Of a DNA stretch of 64,000 nucleotides, positions 1-12,720 are shown in pieces. A program made the position numbers and the translations under genes. How positions within the stretch are numbered: position 1 is the stretch's first letter; each line of letters begins with the position of its first letter. The DNA lies in assembly GCF_018977255.1 (NCBI RefSeq), contig NW_024704743.1:27716001-27780000 (forward strand), written 5' to 3'. This stretch comes from Callorhinchus milii (taxonomy: Eukaryota). Under the pieces are notes generated by a model that saw only the letters and a program-made list of their open reading frames with translations, did no database searches and was not told the DNA's origin.

Positions 1-240
1 TCATTCAGGGGAGCTATCTAGTACCCACTTGTTGATGAAGTATATGAATGTAATCTTCTGTTGATGACAAGATTAGGCTAGACTTTTGATACCCTCCATA
101 CTCAAAACAGCCTGCCATCACTTACTGAATGGGGTTCATTCAAACATGAAAAAAGCTTGGATGAGGTACTGAGGACATCCAACACTTATGGATCCCAACA
201 TGAGTCAGCATTTGCAGAAAAGGAGGGGAGATAAATAGTG
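1..240 (+). mobile_element. LF-SINE-like relic (3' half)
   Basis: Motifs cagcctgccatcacttactg...gaggtactgagg...cccaacatgagtcagcatttgcagaaaaggaggggaga resemble the LF-SINE 3' region as I recall it; homologous to 45300-45665. Confidence 0.55.
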
Positions 241-1984
241 GGATAAAACAATAATACAGTGTACTTTGATAAGCAGTTGTTATCAGTGTCTCAGTCTACA
301 GCTGAGCACACACAATGTGCTAATGAACGCAGGAATCAAGTGAGCTGAACAAGTCGATGAAAACACTGTAGACCATTCAGTAGTGATCTCCAAGGGGCAG
401 GAAATAGAAAAAAGAGGGAGCCTAGCACAAAACAGATCCATATAAGAATATACAAGAAGTTATTCAAGATCAAAGGAGAAAGGACAAAAGAGTTCCTGAA
501 ATGTTGTGAAACAAATCCAGAAAGTATGAAAGGATGAACAGGGTTGAGTTATTTACATTAGTATATTTGCGATGCTAATCTCAAAGGCATTGTTACATAA
601 CTTAAGTGTTAAAAGGTTCAAGCGTGAATTTCTCTTTTGCATTTTAATATTCATTTTGTCGCAGCAAAGTGAGCTATTGCTTTAACTTGAGAAAGGACAT
701 GCTACATTAAACCGTCCCATTATATTTTAATACAAGGGAAATTATATTGTAATAGCGTGAATGGAAGATATTTTGGATTGTTTTGAAACTGCATTCTGAT
801 GACCAGGACGCAAATCATTGTTGCCTAGAAAGTTTCAAACCTTTTAACATACCCTGTAAAGTCTGTGATATAAGAAAACAACCAGCTGAATAACGGTAAA
901 ATGCCAATGACTGGTGAGAGATTTTTTAAATACATTTTAATTGAATTCGCTTTCCTTCGATTTATTTCCTGTTTGCATTTGTAGCATTGTCTTCCCCTAT
1001 TAGAGCGGGCATTAAACACAAGGATTCAATAAATACAATAAATGCCACTCCAAGACTGGTGTTTTGGGGAATCATTACAATCAGATTTTTATCAGATTGA
1101 TAAATCTGCTACTTAGTCATTGAAAGGGCATTTGTGAAGAGAATGGCAAACAAAAAAGAGACAATTTCCCCCTAGGTTTGAATTGAATTGAATATGAATG
1201 CGTGACTAAAAGAATTATGCTGCTGTTGTGATAGAAAATGGTTAAATGGTGGGGGACATGAGAAATCGTTCCACTCTGCATTTTAAGAAACCACTTACTT
1301 GGGCTGAGCAATATAACCTCTTAACAGCAATAACAAGAGCCCCAAGACTGTGTTCAGTGAATACTCTGTATCTACTGTTGACTTTTTGCTTTAATATTGT
1401 GATTTCATTTTCTCCATGGACTATAACAAATCTGACTGCAGTATAATCAAATGGAATCAGAAAGCCCAAGCTCCTTTGCCCAAAGCCCAAAGTTGTTTGT
1501 TATCAGTGCCTATTAAAATTCCATATTATTTTGCATTAGCTGTGATTGTTTTGATGTTGTTTCCTTTTGTAACTCCCCACATTTATCAATAATAAAAATT
1601 AATCCTTAATTTTAATATAGCCTGCTTCAAGTTAGTTGGATGTCTCCAAGCATTTCACAAGATATAGTGTAAAGTGCAGTGACTGTGTTTTGTTGGCAAG
1701 TCACCCCTCAGCTCACACTGTGCTTTGATTGCCTTTTATCAGTGTTTAATTAGTAAATAATATCATCCCCAACAACAGATAGGTCTCAGTGTATATCTCA
1801 GCCATCCTCTGTTGCTCTGCTTTGGTTGCTTTGGTCCTGGGCGCAGATGGGTTTCCCATTCTCAATGAAAGATCACCATCTGCTGTGACTTCCCTGCATT
1901 CTACTCCCATGACATTGTGAATGAGGAATCCCACTCAGCCATTGTCCCCATTCATGGCATCACTGAAGTGGAAGGTTACATTGT

Positions 1985-2120
1985 CAGCGCACTGAACAGA
2001 AGGAGGTCATTCAGTCCATCGAGCCTGTTTATTAGATCATGCCAGGTGTTTAAATCCCATTTTAGCATCTTTTCTCCCCATCTCCGAACACCTAAAAACT
2101 CCAATATGTGCTACCCAGCC
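1985..2120 (-). mobile_element. CR1-type LINE 3' end fragment
   Basis: aggaggtcattcagtccatcgagcctg...tagatcatg is the reverse complement of the shark-type CR1 3' tail also seen at 47745-47899. Confidence 0.5.
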
Positions 2121-2380
2121 AGCAATCCATCCATTCATCCCCTACCTCCCTATATTGTTCCGTACCACCCTACCTACCTCCTTACTTAACTTCTTCTCTA
2201 CCTTCCTACCTCCCTCACTCTCTCCCTCCCTACCTCCCTCCCTCCCTCCTTATCTACCTTCCTCCCTATCTGCCACCTTCCATATCTCCCTCACTACCTT
2301 CCAATCTCCCTTATTCGCTTCCTCCCTAGCTCCCTGCCTCCTCACCTCCCTCCTTCCCTGCCTACCTTTCTCCATACCAG
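2120..2380. repeat. Degenerate (CCCT/CCTA)n pyrimidine-rich low-complexity tract
   Basis: Visible in the sequence; explains the Pro/Ser/Leu-rich ORFs here. Confidence 0.85.
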
Positions 2381-2399
2381 CTGTGAGAAGATAACTTGC

Positions 2400-4090
2400 G
2401 TAACTGTTTTTATTTTCTCAAAAAATCATGAACTTCATATCCATTTGTGAGTTGAAACATACTGAGAATGGCATGAGTCTTGTCCAGTCTAGTTTAACTC
2501 TCGATGAATATATTATACATCCCAGAAGTTTGATCCTGTCTTGAGAAACCACACATTTGTAATTCCTGCCTCTTGCAGCTTGTTTAACAGTGTACTAAGA
2601 CATTCAGCATGCTCTGACTAAGTCTCACTACACACAGAAGCGTCGCCCATCTGGCATGCAACCCCTGGAGCATTGACAAGCTCCTCCGAAAATACTCTGA
2701 GGCTGAAGAAATATCGATTGAAGTTGATTAAAAATGAAAGGTCCAAAGGGTGCGATAAAGGTTGTAAGCAGAGCTGATGCTTTTGACAAGGGATTTGCCA
2801 GAAACAAGATTTGGTATCTAATTTTGAAAAAGCTTTCTGTCTTCCCCAGCTGAGCTGGAGTCTGATCGACCAAGGACATTGAATGTTTCTCATAAATACA
2901 CACATTAGTTTAACTGGGTCAAATCTGCACAAATCAAAACTTACCATGTGTCTTTGATACCAGAAATCAACTGCTCCCACACAGCAGTCAGTCTATTCCT
3001 CTACCACTGATAAACCTTCCAAGTTCTCCTTTCTGGTTAATTCTCGTTTCATTTTCAGACAGTAGAATAGGAATTCTTCCAGAAGCTGATTTGGAGAAAG
3101 ACTTTCCATCAAGCTTACGTTTAATGTAGTATTTACCTGTATTTTTATCTAGGCCTTCAAAACATTTAGTAAACGTTATCTTAAAGTCCACTTCTATTTT
3201 GATTAGGTGTACCCAAGATACAAATCCGAGGGCTTAAATCACATATCTTCAGCACTTCATTTTTCTTCAGGGAATAAATATCTAGGGTGTATATAAATAT
3301 GTAAATATTTATTCAATAAAAAATTATGGCCTCTCCTCATATCTTTATTTGCTGCAAATCAGCTCTCTCTACCTGGTGTTGATAGCTCACTTGAGTTATT
3401 GTTTTATTAAGGGTTAATTCAGGATCTAACTGTAATTCCCTCAGACAGCCTTGTATCTCATAGTCGCACAACAGTAAAATCTCAAATAATTTCATTACAC
3501 ATCACAGTGCAGCCACATTATTTAGACAGAATACACAGCTGAAACAAAACTGTCTATAGATTCCCACTCTTCCAATTTTCTTTGGTCGAATTTATTCTTT
3601 TTAAAACTCCTGTCTCCAGGCACCATAAGATACCTTTCAAAATCTATCATATACTGGGGTGAAATTTAAAGTATTAGCAAATAGGACTCTTAATCTAAAT
3701 ACCCATAAACCTGCCAGAACACCACTCCAGAACCAGAAGTAGACTGCATTGCAGCTGAGTTTCCAAGGGTTGTTATTACGCCCCTCTAAGAATCCCCATT
3801 TGCGTGATTTGGATACCTTATGAAAAAATCCTGTTAAGATATCCTATATTTTAAACCTGACTATTTCATTACATTTCTGTTCATCCTCAGACCATTAATA
3901 CACGGCATAAGACATCTTCAGCCTCCTTGTCCATTGAATATATTGATGCATTAATTTGACTGGGTTCATCTGTGCTGTCTATGCCCGAAGCAAATTCTAA
4001 TTCTTTCAAATCGCTTTATCCACCCTGGCTATTCCTCTGGCTTATTGAAATCAAGTGTATCTGGTGGGCTAATATGAAAATAAGCTATTT
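2400..4090 (-). mobile_element. Decayed Gypsy/Ty3-type LTR retrotransposon internal region (gag + RT), frameshifted
   Basis: Minus-strand translations: gag-like PPDTLDFNKPEE*PGWIKRFERIRIASG...QINASIYSMDKEAEDVL (~3905-4075); RT motifs SLVDQTPAQLGK, FSKLDTKSCFWQIP, LLTTFIAPFG, PGVACQMGD (degenerate YxDD region) at 2620-2900. Confidence 0.85.
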
Positions 4091-4239
4091 CTCAGTATGC
4101 TCATAGTACCTCTTACAGATCTGCATGCTTCTTTTCTCCCAAATTATCCCCGACAAACCCTCCCTGGATTCCTCATGATTTTTTCAACACATTTCCCCCT
4201 GCTGCTGTTAACATTTATTCTGATGTACAGCAAAACAAA

Positions 4240-4481
4240 CAGGCCTGAAATTTGACTTAGTCTCAGCATGTAAGACAATTTAATCTTAGAATTTAACGTG
4301 ACTCAAAATTATGCAAATTTGCTGAATTCAGTTTAATTTGAAAGCTAGTTTTCTGCAGTTCTTAAAAAGGGGAAGCTTTTAAATCATGACCAAGCTTAAG
4401 AATTTTCCATAATTCAATGTCATCTTATATTTTAAGACTAAATGGTCTTATATGCTAAAACTGGGTGACGTTTGGGGGTTG
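4240..4481. mobile_element. Palindromic MITE (non-autonomous DNA transposon), copy 1
   Basis: ~65 bp arm 4254-4320 is an imperfect reverse complement of 4401-4469; internal part similar to 12886-13122 and 47905-48060. Confidence 0.7.
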
Positions 4482-5585
4482 CTGACTGTGAAGCAGTATT
4501 TCCCATTCTTTCAATTTTTTTATTGATGTTAGTCAAAGATCCAATGAACAACAACAATTTGCATTGATATAGCTCCCTTCAAATGGGGTAGAGTCTTGGA
4601 GGGCTCATACTGCTCACCACTGTTGGGTCTCAGCGAGCAGTGTAAAGCACTTGTATTACTGTTGCATTGTATTTGGAATACCATCCCCTCATCTACTATA
4701 CATTTTGCACAGTGCTACAAACGCCTGATAGAATATTGCTCGTCTCCTCCTCCTACACATTACTGTGACTAATAGTTTTACAGCATCTCTCCAATAATTT
4801 GAGAGTTAAATTATTTTTGAAATGACAAGAGATTTGCTCCCGGTTTCCTGGACAACAATCCCCCAAATAAAATTGGTCATTCATTTATGGCTGGTTGTGA
4901 GATACTGTTGTGCGCAATTTGCTATCAGTTTGCCTACAGATACACAGGCACTCCACTTCCCAGTAAAATCCTGTGAAGAGCTTTGGGACATCCTCCTGAT
5001 GTGAAAGGTTCAAAATGCAAGGATTATTATTATTATTTTTAACATTCATCTACAATACACAGTTACTTCACTTTACAGTATATCCTGTGAAGCACTTTGA
5101 GATATGAAAACCACTGTATCAAATGTATTGTTTACTTGTTGGTTTATAACATTAATTTTATTGGTTTATTGTTTTCTCTTATTGGTTTAAAATAAATTAT
5201 CACTGTTTTCCTTCAGCATTTTGATATTGCTTGGTATTAAGTTCCAGCAAAGCCGTAGACATTTTATAGAAAGAAAGAAGCATTTTTACAGTACCTCATC
5301 AAGTTGAAACGTCTCAAATTGCTCACAACTAATTGCTGCTAAGGGCAGTGACTGTTTTTGTAGGTAAACACAACAGCTATATGCACACCAGCAGTGTCCC
5401 AATTGGTCATGAAGTAAATGACCATTGATCTGCAGGATGGCAGCCAAAACGTTGAATGAAACTCCCTTCTCTTTCTGAATAGTGTCATGGGATCTTTACC
5501 ATTCACCTGCAAACAGGAAAATGAGACATTTATTTGAACTTCTCAACTAAATGATTTTACACATAATAATAATCCTTGTATTTGA

Positions 5586-6062
5586 CATAACAACAACAAA
5601 ATTACATTTGTATAGCTCCTTTCACATCAGGAGGACATCCCAAGGCATTGGATCAGACAAAGTTACGGACCCAAGCTGGGTGTCGGGATCGGGGAGGGTG
5701 GAGGGCAGGTGGGGAAGCAGGGAAATCAAAAGCACAGTTGAAGAAGAGGGTCTTGAGATGGGTCTTGAAGGTGGCAGGGGAGGGGGTAAGGTGTAGGGAC
5801 TGCGGGATGGAGTTCCAGGGGGTGGGGGCAGAGTGACGGAAGGCCTGCCTGCCAATAGTGGTGCAAGCTAGGTGGGGGACGTGAAGCAGGCCGGAGCCAG
5901 CTGAGCAGAGGGAGCGAGCAGGATGGTAGGGGGATAGGCGGTCACAGGGGTAGGGGTGAGCAAGATCATGGAGGGCTTTGAAGGTGAGGAACAGGATCTT
6001 GAACTGTATCCTCTGAGTGATGGGAAGCCAGTGGAGTTGGGCAAGGATAGGGTTGATAGGGT
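5586..6062 (-). mobile_element. L2-clade LINE 3' end (ORF2 C-terminus + 3' tail)
   Basis: Minus strand reads LAQLHWLPITQRIQFKILLLTFKALHDLA-like L2 C-terminal motif; ends in an L2 tail with (TTG)n. Confidence 0.85.
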
Positions 6063-6139
6063 CGCAGAGCCTATATAGTGCCGTATTGTGTCTTCAAGAC
6101 CTCTCAAAGCGATTCACAGAATATACTGTATATATGCTT

Positions 6140-6392
6140 CCCAACATCAACAACTTGCTTGTGCATAGTGCCCCTCACGCAAGATAGCTTCCCAGAGCGC
6201 TTGACAGTGGTGAGTATGACTCCAAGCCGGGAGGAGGGTGAGGTGACCGTAGGCACAGTCAAATAAGAAGAACTTCAGGCACGACCTAAAGATGGGGAAT
6301 GGAAGGGCAAGGTGGAGGGATAGCTGAAGAGTTTTTCAGAGTTTCGGGACATAGTGGCTGAAAGCGCGACCACCAATGGTGAAACGGAGGGC
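6140..6392 (-). mobile_element. L2-like LINE 3' tail fragment
   Basis: caacaacttgcttgtgcatagtgcccctcacgc...cagagcgcttgacag, similar to the L2 tails at 30343-30402 and 47060-47110. Confidence 0.55.
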
Positions 6393-6905
6393 ACCATTCA
6401 TACTGAATTCACAAAATCTCTTTTCGAATAGTGCCATTGGAATCTTTGACATACACCATTCACAAATCACAATGAACATAAGCATGATATACAGTGAAAA
6501 AACTTGGTTGTGATATATTTACTCAATGTTTCACCTTTCAGAGGTACAGAAGTGTCCTAGGCAATCACAGCATTAGTTGCTGTCCAAGTCTCTGAGAATG
6601 GATGGAATGGTCAGATGGCTGTGCAGTACATAACATCCTTTTCTTCCTTTACATTTGCCAAACTAATTCAATTTCCTTTTTTTATTTTATAACAAACCTA
6701 CACACAAATATGCATAGTTACAACGAAGAATGCAATTGAGTGGGAAACTCATCCCGAGAAATAATAGAATGCAAAAATAAAATTAGCCACGTTTGATGAA
6801 TAATAAAAGTCATAACAGTTTTCAGAATCAGCTCCAAGATGACATGCCAGGGAACAAAATGTTGAATTGGGTCAGTCTTCTATTCCGGTTCCTGGCCAAG
6901 TGGGT

Positions 6906-7372
6906 CCACAGTATTCCAGGGCACTGCTGATGACAGCTCAGTCAGTCAGGCACATCAGCAGAACCTGGAAAGGCAGACCAGTCACTGGGGGCAAGGCATC
7001 ATCCCAGTGAGATCTTGTTCACTCGGCAAACCAAAGCCCTCACGGTAGGGTGGTCCTAGCTGTACAAGCAGCAGGAAAGCTTGCCAGCAGCAATAACAAT
7101 GGCAAGCTATGCAGTTTTAGCTGATTAGACTCCAGCAGTACTCAACGCATACTCTGGAGTCCGCAAACCTTGGCTCTTGCCAACCTGTACCTAATATTTT
7201 CTGGAATTAAACAAGCAGGATGCATCCCTCCAGGGAGAGAGTGCACATTCCATTTCAACAATCTATCTCTGGTATTTCTAAGTGTAAGTAGGATGCATGG
7301 AAATCTCAGCTTGGTTTGGATACTCTTAAACATGGTGATGGGTTTCCGCATTTGTCAGACACCCGGCTGATC
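6906..7372 (+). repeat. Unclassified dispersed repeat, copy 1
   Basis: Collinear similarity over ~460 bp to the reverse complement of 52460-52918 (e.g. gttttagctg.ttagactccagcagtac, ggtttggatactcttaa..atggtgatgggtttc). Confidence 0.8.
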
Positions 7373-7637
7373 AAAAAAAAACAGAATTCCCATAATAGTC
7401 ACTCTTCCTCTGAATTCAGTTTTCATAGTCACTCAACTTTCCCTGTGGACTTTGCACTGGTCGTTCCACTGACTGAACATAGCACTCCAGCTTAATGCAG
7501 TCCTCGGGCCCAGAATATTTCTGGTCCAGATCCATCAGCTTCTTCACTGCATCATCTGATCTATTGTTTGCTTTGACCCTTGTGAAGCAAATGTCCCTTT
7601 CACGATTAGTGCTGGAGAAGGGGCTTGCCAATGGAGG

Positions 7638-8063
7638 TAATAATAATAAAGTTTGCATTTAATGTAGCATCTTTCACATCAAGAGGATATCTCAAAATGC
7701 TTCACAAATTTTACTGTAAAGTGTAGTGATTGCATTTTTTGGGGCGAATGCGGCAGCTGATTTTGTACATAGGAATGTCTCACAAACAGCTATGAAGCGA
7801 ATGATCAACTTTATCTGGGAAATTTTTGATGAGGACACCTGAAAAAAACCTTCTCCTTTTGTGCAGTGCCATGGGATCTTTAATGGCCACCTGAACAGAC
7901 AGACGAGGCCTTTGCTTAAGTTTTCATCTGAAGGACAGCTTCTCCAAAGCAACATTCCTCCAGCGCCTCACTGGAGTGTCAGCCTAGACTTTATGAGTCC
8001 CAATATGGAGCTTGACCCTCCTGATTCAGAGGCACGAGTGCTGCCAACTGAGCCAGGCTGACA
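7638..8063 (-). mobile_element. Older DeuSINE-type (SacSINE1/AmnSINE-like) tRNA-derived SINE
   Basis: Head gtcagcctggctcagttggcagcactcgtgcctctgaatcag, Deu-like core (gttcaggtggccattaaagatcccatggcact), shared tail ...aaatgcaaac(TTA)n. Confidence 0.8.
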
Positions 8064-8349
8064 TCTCAGTGTTAATTGCCTGCACATATTCTGACCGGTT
8101 CGGTACCCAAGTGACTCAGTAAGCACTTCCTTTATCTGTGGAGCACTTTTAATGTTCTTTTTCTCTTTCAGAATGGAGACCATCTCCTTGTTTTTCTTGA
8201 TTGTTCCCGAAATAGGAACTACATTTGGAAATTATGTGCGATTGGGAAGACTTAGTTAAATGTGTAAGCTCAATTCAATATTCATGATTGTGCAACCTCA
8301 CGCATTCCATTGTAACCTTTATTCCAAGTGGCTTTTCTGAACACAACAC

Positions 8350-9125
8350 TTACTCCCATTCTCCTCTACTCTATTACTTCAAGCTGGTCTCTCATTCAAT
8401 AGGCAGCGATGGCAATTTGGCACACCCTCCCTACCCCTTTGTTGAAGTAGCCATTCTTCCTGTGTGAGCCTGACCAGTGAGTGGAAACTGTCTTATCTCT
8501 TTAAATACGGGAGAATATGGGAGGGGATAACAGCTGAGTCCAATTATGTCTTCATCCACTAATCATACATTAATAATAATAATCATCCTTGCATTTGATA
8601 TAGCAACTTATCACGTCGTTGAGATGTCTCAAAGCGCTTTACAGAATATATTGTAAAGTGAATTGACTACATTTTGTGGACGAAATGCGGCAGCCAATTG
8701 TGCACAGCAGTGTCCCACAAACAGTCACGTGATTGAGCAACCACNTTTTTTTGTGAAGGGATTATTACACCCGGAAAAGCGATCCGCCAATCAACTAACA
8801 ACAGGGTTCCTATTTACCCCTAGGTGAACAGAAGTATGTGGAGTAATGAAATTTGCCCAACGTTTCGCCAGGCCTGGGAATCAAACCCAGGTCCTGTCGC
8901 TTGTGAGGCAGGTGCTCTGACCACTAAGCTACAGGACATTAATACTTACAGCAGAGCTCACTAGATAGTGATTAAGAGCAGGAGTCCTGAGAAAAAATAT
9001 TTCTCCCTAGACCAATTATGCACTGCCCTGCTGAAATTTCCTAGCTCTATACAGATGAAAGACTAAACATGAGAATTACCTGTTCAACAACATATGGCTT
9101 GGTGCTTTTACCCACTAGACCACCT
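8350..9125 (-). mobile_element. LF-SINE-like element interrupted by a younger SINE
   Basis: ccattcttcctgtgtgagcctgaccagtgagtg and gctcactagatagtgattaagagcaggagtcctg match LF-SINE motifs in reverse; split by the 8571-8937 insertion. Confidence 0.6.
8571..8937 (-). mobile_element. Younger tRNA-derived SINE (SINE2-type), long variant, with TSD
   Basis: tRNA-like head with A/B boxes at 8870-8937, shared tail, (TTA)n end; ACATTAATA on both sides (8567-8575, 8936-8944). Confidence 0.9.
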
Positions 9126-9599
9126 CAACTATAACTTTGTGTTGTTTTAAATAAGCTCCTGCTGATGATACTAGCTCACCAATGCCAGCAATATATTACA
9201 CCTTACATGTTGATTCATCGTGAATGCTACAATGAATTGATATGATTGACAGCGTAAGTGGTTTTTGAGATGGAGCCCAACTCCCAAAAGTATTTTGAGA
9301 AAATAGTTTGACCTCAAAATCATGACAGTTTGAATCCAGGTACTGAACAGCGATTAACTCCACTCAAAAATAATCCCTTAGACATTCTTGCGCTACCTAA
9401 ACAAAATTAAATAATAATCCTTGAATTTGATATATAACAACTATAACTTATTTGCTCAGAAAATATACAGTCAATTCACTTTATAGTATATTCTAGGAAG
9501 TGCATTGAGATGTCCCACCAAAGTAATAAGGCGCTATATCAAACGCAAGGATTATTATTGTTATCATTATTATTAGGACAGTGTCTTGAAATACTTAAC

Positions 9600-10135
9600 A
9601 ATGGTGTGATTTTTATGGCAACCAAGGTAGAAGGGGTAGGAAACCAAAGGGGCAGAGGAGGTTATAGGATGGGATTTAAAGATAGATGAAGAGGTGCAAG
9701 GATTGAGCAGGGAGTACCAAACATTAGGGAAATGGCTGAAACACAGGGGTTGGGGGCATACAGCAGGCCTATGTTCACTGAACAAATCAGACATAGGGAG
9801 AGGTAGGGAGGTGCTAGGGCATGAGGGATTTATATTGAAATGAGGATCTTTAAAACAATTCTTTCAGAACCAATGGAGTCTGGCAAGAATTGGGGTGATG
9901 TGTGTAAGGAGTTTCATGTGGGTGAGAATGGTGACAGTGGAGTTTTGGATGAGGTGGACCTTGTGGATAATGGAACTAGGGAGACCAGTGAGGAGTGCAT
10001 TTGAGAAAACATGGCAGGAGGTGAGAAAGGCATGGATGAGGGCTCTTATGTGAGATAGGTTTGGAAGCGGGCAATGCGGCAGAGATGGAGGAAAGCAGTC
10101 CTGTTCACGGATCAGATGTAGGGTGGGAGGACACA
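9600..10135 (-). mobile_element. L2-clade LINE ORF2 C-terminal fragment
   Basis: ORF 9864-10154: LIHAFLTS...NALLTGLP...HLIQNS...HITPILARLHW, typical of L2 ORF2. Confidence 0.85.
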
Positions 10136-10144
10136 CAAGCGGAA

Positions 10145-10446
10145 GATCCCACAATCAGCCATGAGCAATTTTATCAGGGGAGAATTGTTGACTAATTGTA
10201 AGACACTGGAAGAAACTCCAGTCTCTTTTTCATATAGTGCCATAGGATCTTTAATACCCTCATGGAAAGGCAGAAGGGGCCTCTGTTTTAACATATTATC
10301 TGAATACAGCATCTCCAGTAATAGAGTGCTAACCCAGCACTGCACTGGAAGTCTCAGCATAGACTATCAGTTCAAAGTCCATGACATGGATCCCACAACC
10401 TTTTGATTTAGAGGCAAGATTGGTACCAAGTGACCCAGGCTGACAC
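10145..10446 (-). mobile_element. Older DeuSINE-type SINE, 3'-truncated
   Basis: Head (tgtcagcctgggtcacttggtacc...) and Deu-like core homologous to 7638-8063 and 43725-44137. Confidence 0.75.
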
Positions 10447-10530
10447 ATTATTATAGAGCTAGTCATACAAACTTCTCTTTAGAAACAATCTTAATACTGA
10501 CATCAGTTTACAGAGTGTTCTTAGTCACTA

Positions 10531-10966
10531 TTGACTCTTGCCAGTGCTGTCTGCCATTGCATGAAAGGTAGGCTGATTGGTGCTTCAGCAATTACACGAT
10601 TGATGTTTTACATGTACGGAAATCAAAAATGCTAATCCACAATTGAAAAATAATATGTCTTGGTGTGTTCTTAGTCACTATTGTTCAGAGAGCTCCTCAG
10701 CCCATCCAGTAATACATTCAGAGCAATATCCAGTGCTGTATAAAACTGCTCTGAATTGCAATTTCAAGTTGCTTCCAGCAGTTTAAATCAACAGGGTTTG
10801 AAATCTTTAAATGAATTCTGGGAGAGTACTTGAGGTTACATATTATTTTTCACTTGCAGATTATCATTTTTGATTTCCGCACATGTAAAACATCAATCCA
10901 ACAAGTGCTGAAGCAATCAATCAGCCTAACTTTCAATCAACAGTAGGTAGCATTGCCAAGAGTCAA
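10531..10966. mobile_element. MITE-like element with ~128 bp terminal inverted repeats
   Basis: 10531-10658 is a clear reverse complement of 10838-10966 (ttgactcttg.ca.tgct...gattgatgttttacatgt.cggaaatcaaaaatg.taatc..caa.tgaaaaataatatgt). Confidence 0.85.
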
Positions 10967-11389
10967 CACAAAAACATTATCAGTCAAAGAAAAAAATGAC
11001 AAAGCAGAAATGTTTGCCAAAGCAAACAAATTTGATTAAGCCTCAAAAACGACATCACCCTCAGTTAAAAGATTATTCACAATGATGACAATGTCACTCA
11101 GGTGAGCAATGTGTGACTGGTGAGAGGACCAATCAACACAGCAAACAAGAGGAATAGAGATGTAGGTTTATCTGAACAAGGCACAATGCTAATGCTGTCT
11201 ATGTACTGCAGTTTTGGTGTTGGTGTTGTACTGATGGCAAAGGGACAAGTTAGCTGCTGGTGCAAGATGGTATTAGAGGAAATGAGAACATCAACAAGAA
11301 GCTACTCTTTGGCTTAAAATGTCACAACTGAAACAAACTACCCTTAGAGAGATTCTGTTCAGTATATCACTAAGCATATACATGCCTTT

Positions 11390-11620
11390 AAAGGCACTAT
11401 GGCACTACTTGAAAATAGAAAGGAGTTTCTTCTGGTGCCCATGTCAACATTCATCCAGGTAAATATGATTATTCATTTCATGGCTGTTTGTGGGATATTA
11501 CTGTATGTAAATTGGTTGCCATATTTGCCTACAAATACACAATCACTACACTTCACAGTAAAATCCTGTGAATAGATTTTGAGACATCTTGATAACGTGA
11601 TAAGGCATTATCAAATGCAA
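11390..11620 (+). mobile_element. DeuSINE-type SINE, 5'-truncated
   Basis: atggcactacttgaaaatagaaaggagtttcttctggtg...ggctgtttgtggga...tcaaatgcaa core + tail. Confidence 0.7.
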
Positions 11621-11623
11621 ATA

Positions 11624-11864
11624 TTAGGAGGTAGATTAGAAGGTATAAAAGACAAGGCAGAAGGCTAGTAAGTTAGATGGATGCATCTCAGGAGCAGTGA
11701 CGGATCGTGGTAAAGACGACTGGACTCAGTAGTATTGTTCTGTACTATTCATTACTAAATGTGTTGAGTAACTAACCGTACGTGTTTACCTTGAATAAAT
11801 GCTTGTTCCAACCAGTTTGGTATATCGAGATCGATCCTTGAAACTCTAAAAAAGCTCAACTAGT
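11624..11864 (+). mobile_element. Candidate solo LTR-like insertion
   Basis: TATAAAA at 11644 and AATAAA at 11794 in ~240 bp bounded by the 8 bp direct repeat TGCAAATA (11616-11623, 11865-11872); no intact TG...CA ends. Confidence 0.3.
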
Positions 11865-11872
11865 TGCAAATA

Positions 11873-12193
11873 GGAGTCCTGTAGCTCAGTGGTTAAAGCA
11901 CTCGCTTTGCAAGTGAGAGACCTGAGTTCAATTCCAGGCAGGACGAAACCTAGGGCAAGTTTCCTTACTCCACACGCCTAATAATAATCCCTCCAAAAAA
12001 ACAAAACAATAATAAATTGGTCATTTTCAATCCACGACTGTTTGTGGGTCATTGCTGTGCGCAATTGGTTGCCGCGTTCGCCCACATATATACAGTCAAT
12101 TCACTTTCAGTCTATTCTGTGAAGCGCTTTGGGATGTCTAGAAGACGTGAAAAGCGCGATATCAAATGCAAGGATTATTATTATTATTATTAA
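11873..12193 (+). mobile_element. Younger tRNA(Ala-like)-derived SINE, short variant, full length with TSD
   Basis: A box TAGCTCAGTGG, anticodon-like loop TTTGCAA, B box GAGTTCAATTCC, shared tail, (TTA)n end; AATAG on both sides. Confidence 0.92.
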
Positions 12194-12394
12194 TAGATTG
12201 AGTTCTAACACATTGAATGCATTGAACTCACCCAACAGTAGCAGATGATCTAGTAGGTAAGAAATGTACCACATGGTCTACAAATACCTGGCTTACCTTT
12301 GCCTAAAATACAGTTACTACACTTAACAGTATATCGTGTTAAGAGCTTTGAGATGACCTCCTAACATGAAATGCATGTTTCTATATCAAATGCA

Positions 12395-12720
12395 TGGCCT
12401 CATCTCCCTGGGGTAGATATAAAAAAATCAGCCAGAGTTCTTGTTTTAGAATAATAAAATTCTTGCATTTGATATATTGCCTTATCATGGCGTTGAGACA
12501 TCTCAAAGCACTTCATAGGATATAGTGTAAAGTGGTGTGACTGTGTATTTTATGGGTTTTTGATCACTATCCTGAGACATGTGGATTGGTCTCAACCACA
12601 ATGCCCTCTGGAGTCAAATAGACTGTCAAGAATCAAATATGATTAAGGCAGTACAAAAAGCAGCCAAGATCCAATAAAAGAAAAATTGAGTCAAAGGAGC
12701 ATCAAGTGAAGAGAAGACAG
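12395..12720 (+). mobile_element. LF-SINE-like relic interrupted by a SINE tail (12448-12555, minus)
   Basis: tggcctcatctccctgggg...aaaatcagccagagttc...tgatcactatcc resembles the LF-SINE core. Confidence 0.5.

Noticed and set aside
8745..8745. Single N base
   Set aside because: Assembly ambiguity within a SINE poly-T run, not a biological feature
11873..11945. tRNA-Ala(TGC) gene (also 16939 and minus-strand copies)
   Set aside because: Continues directly into a SINE body and tail and is flanked by a TSD; it is a SINE head
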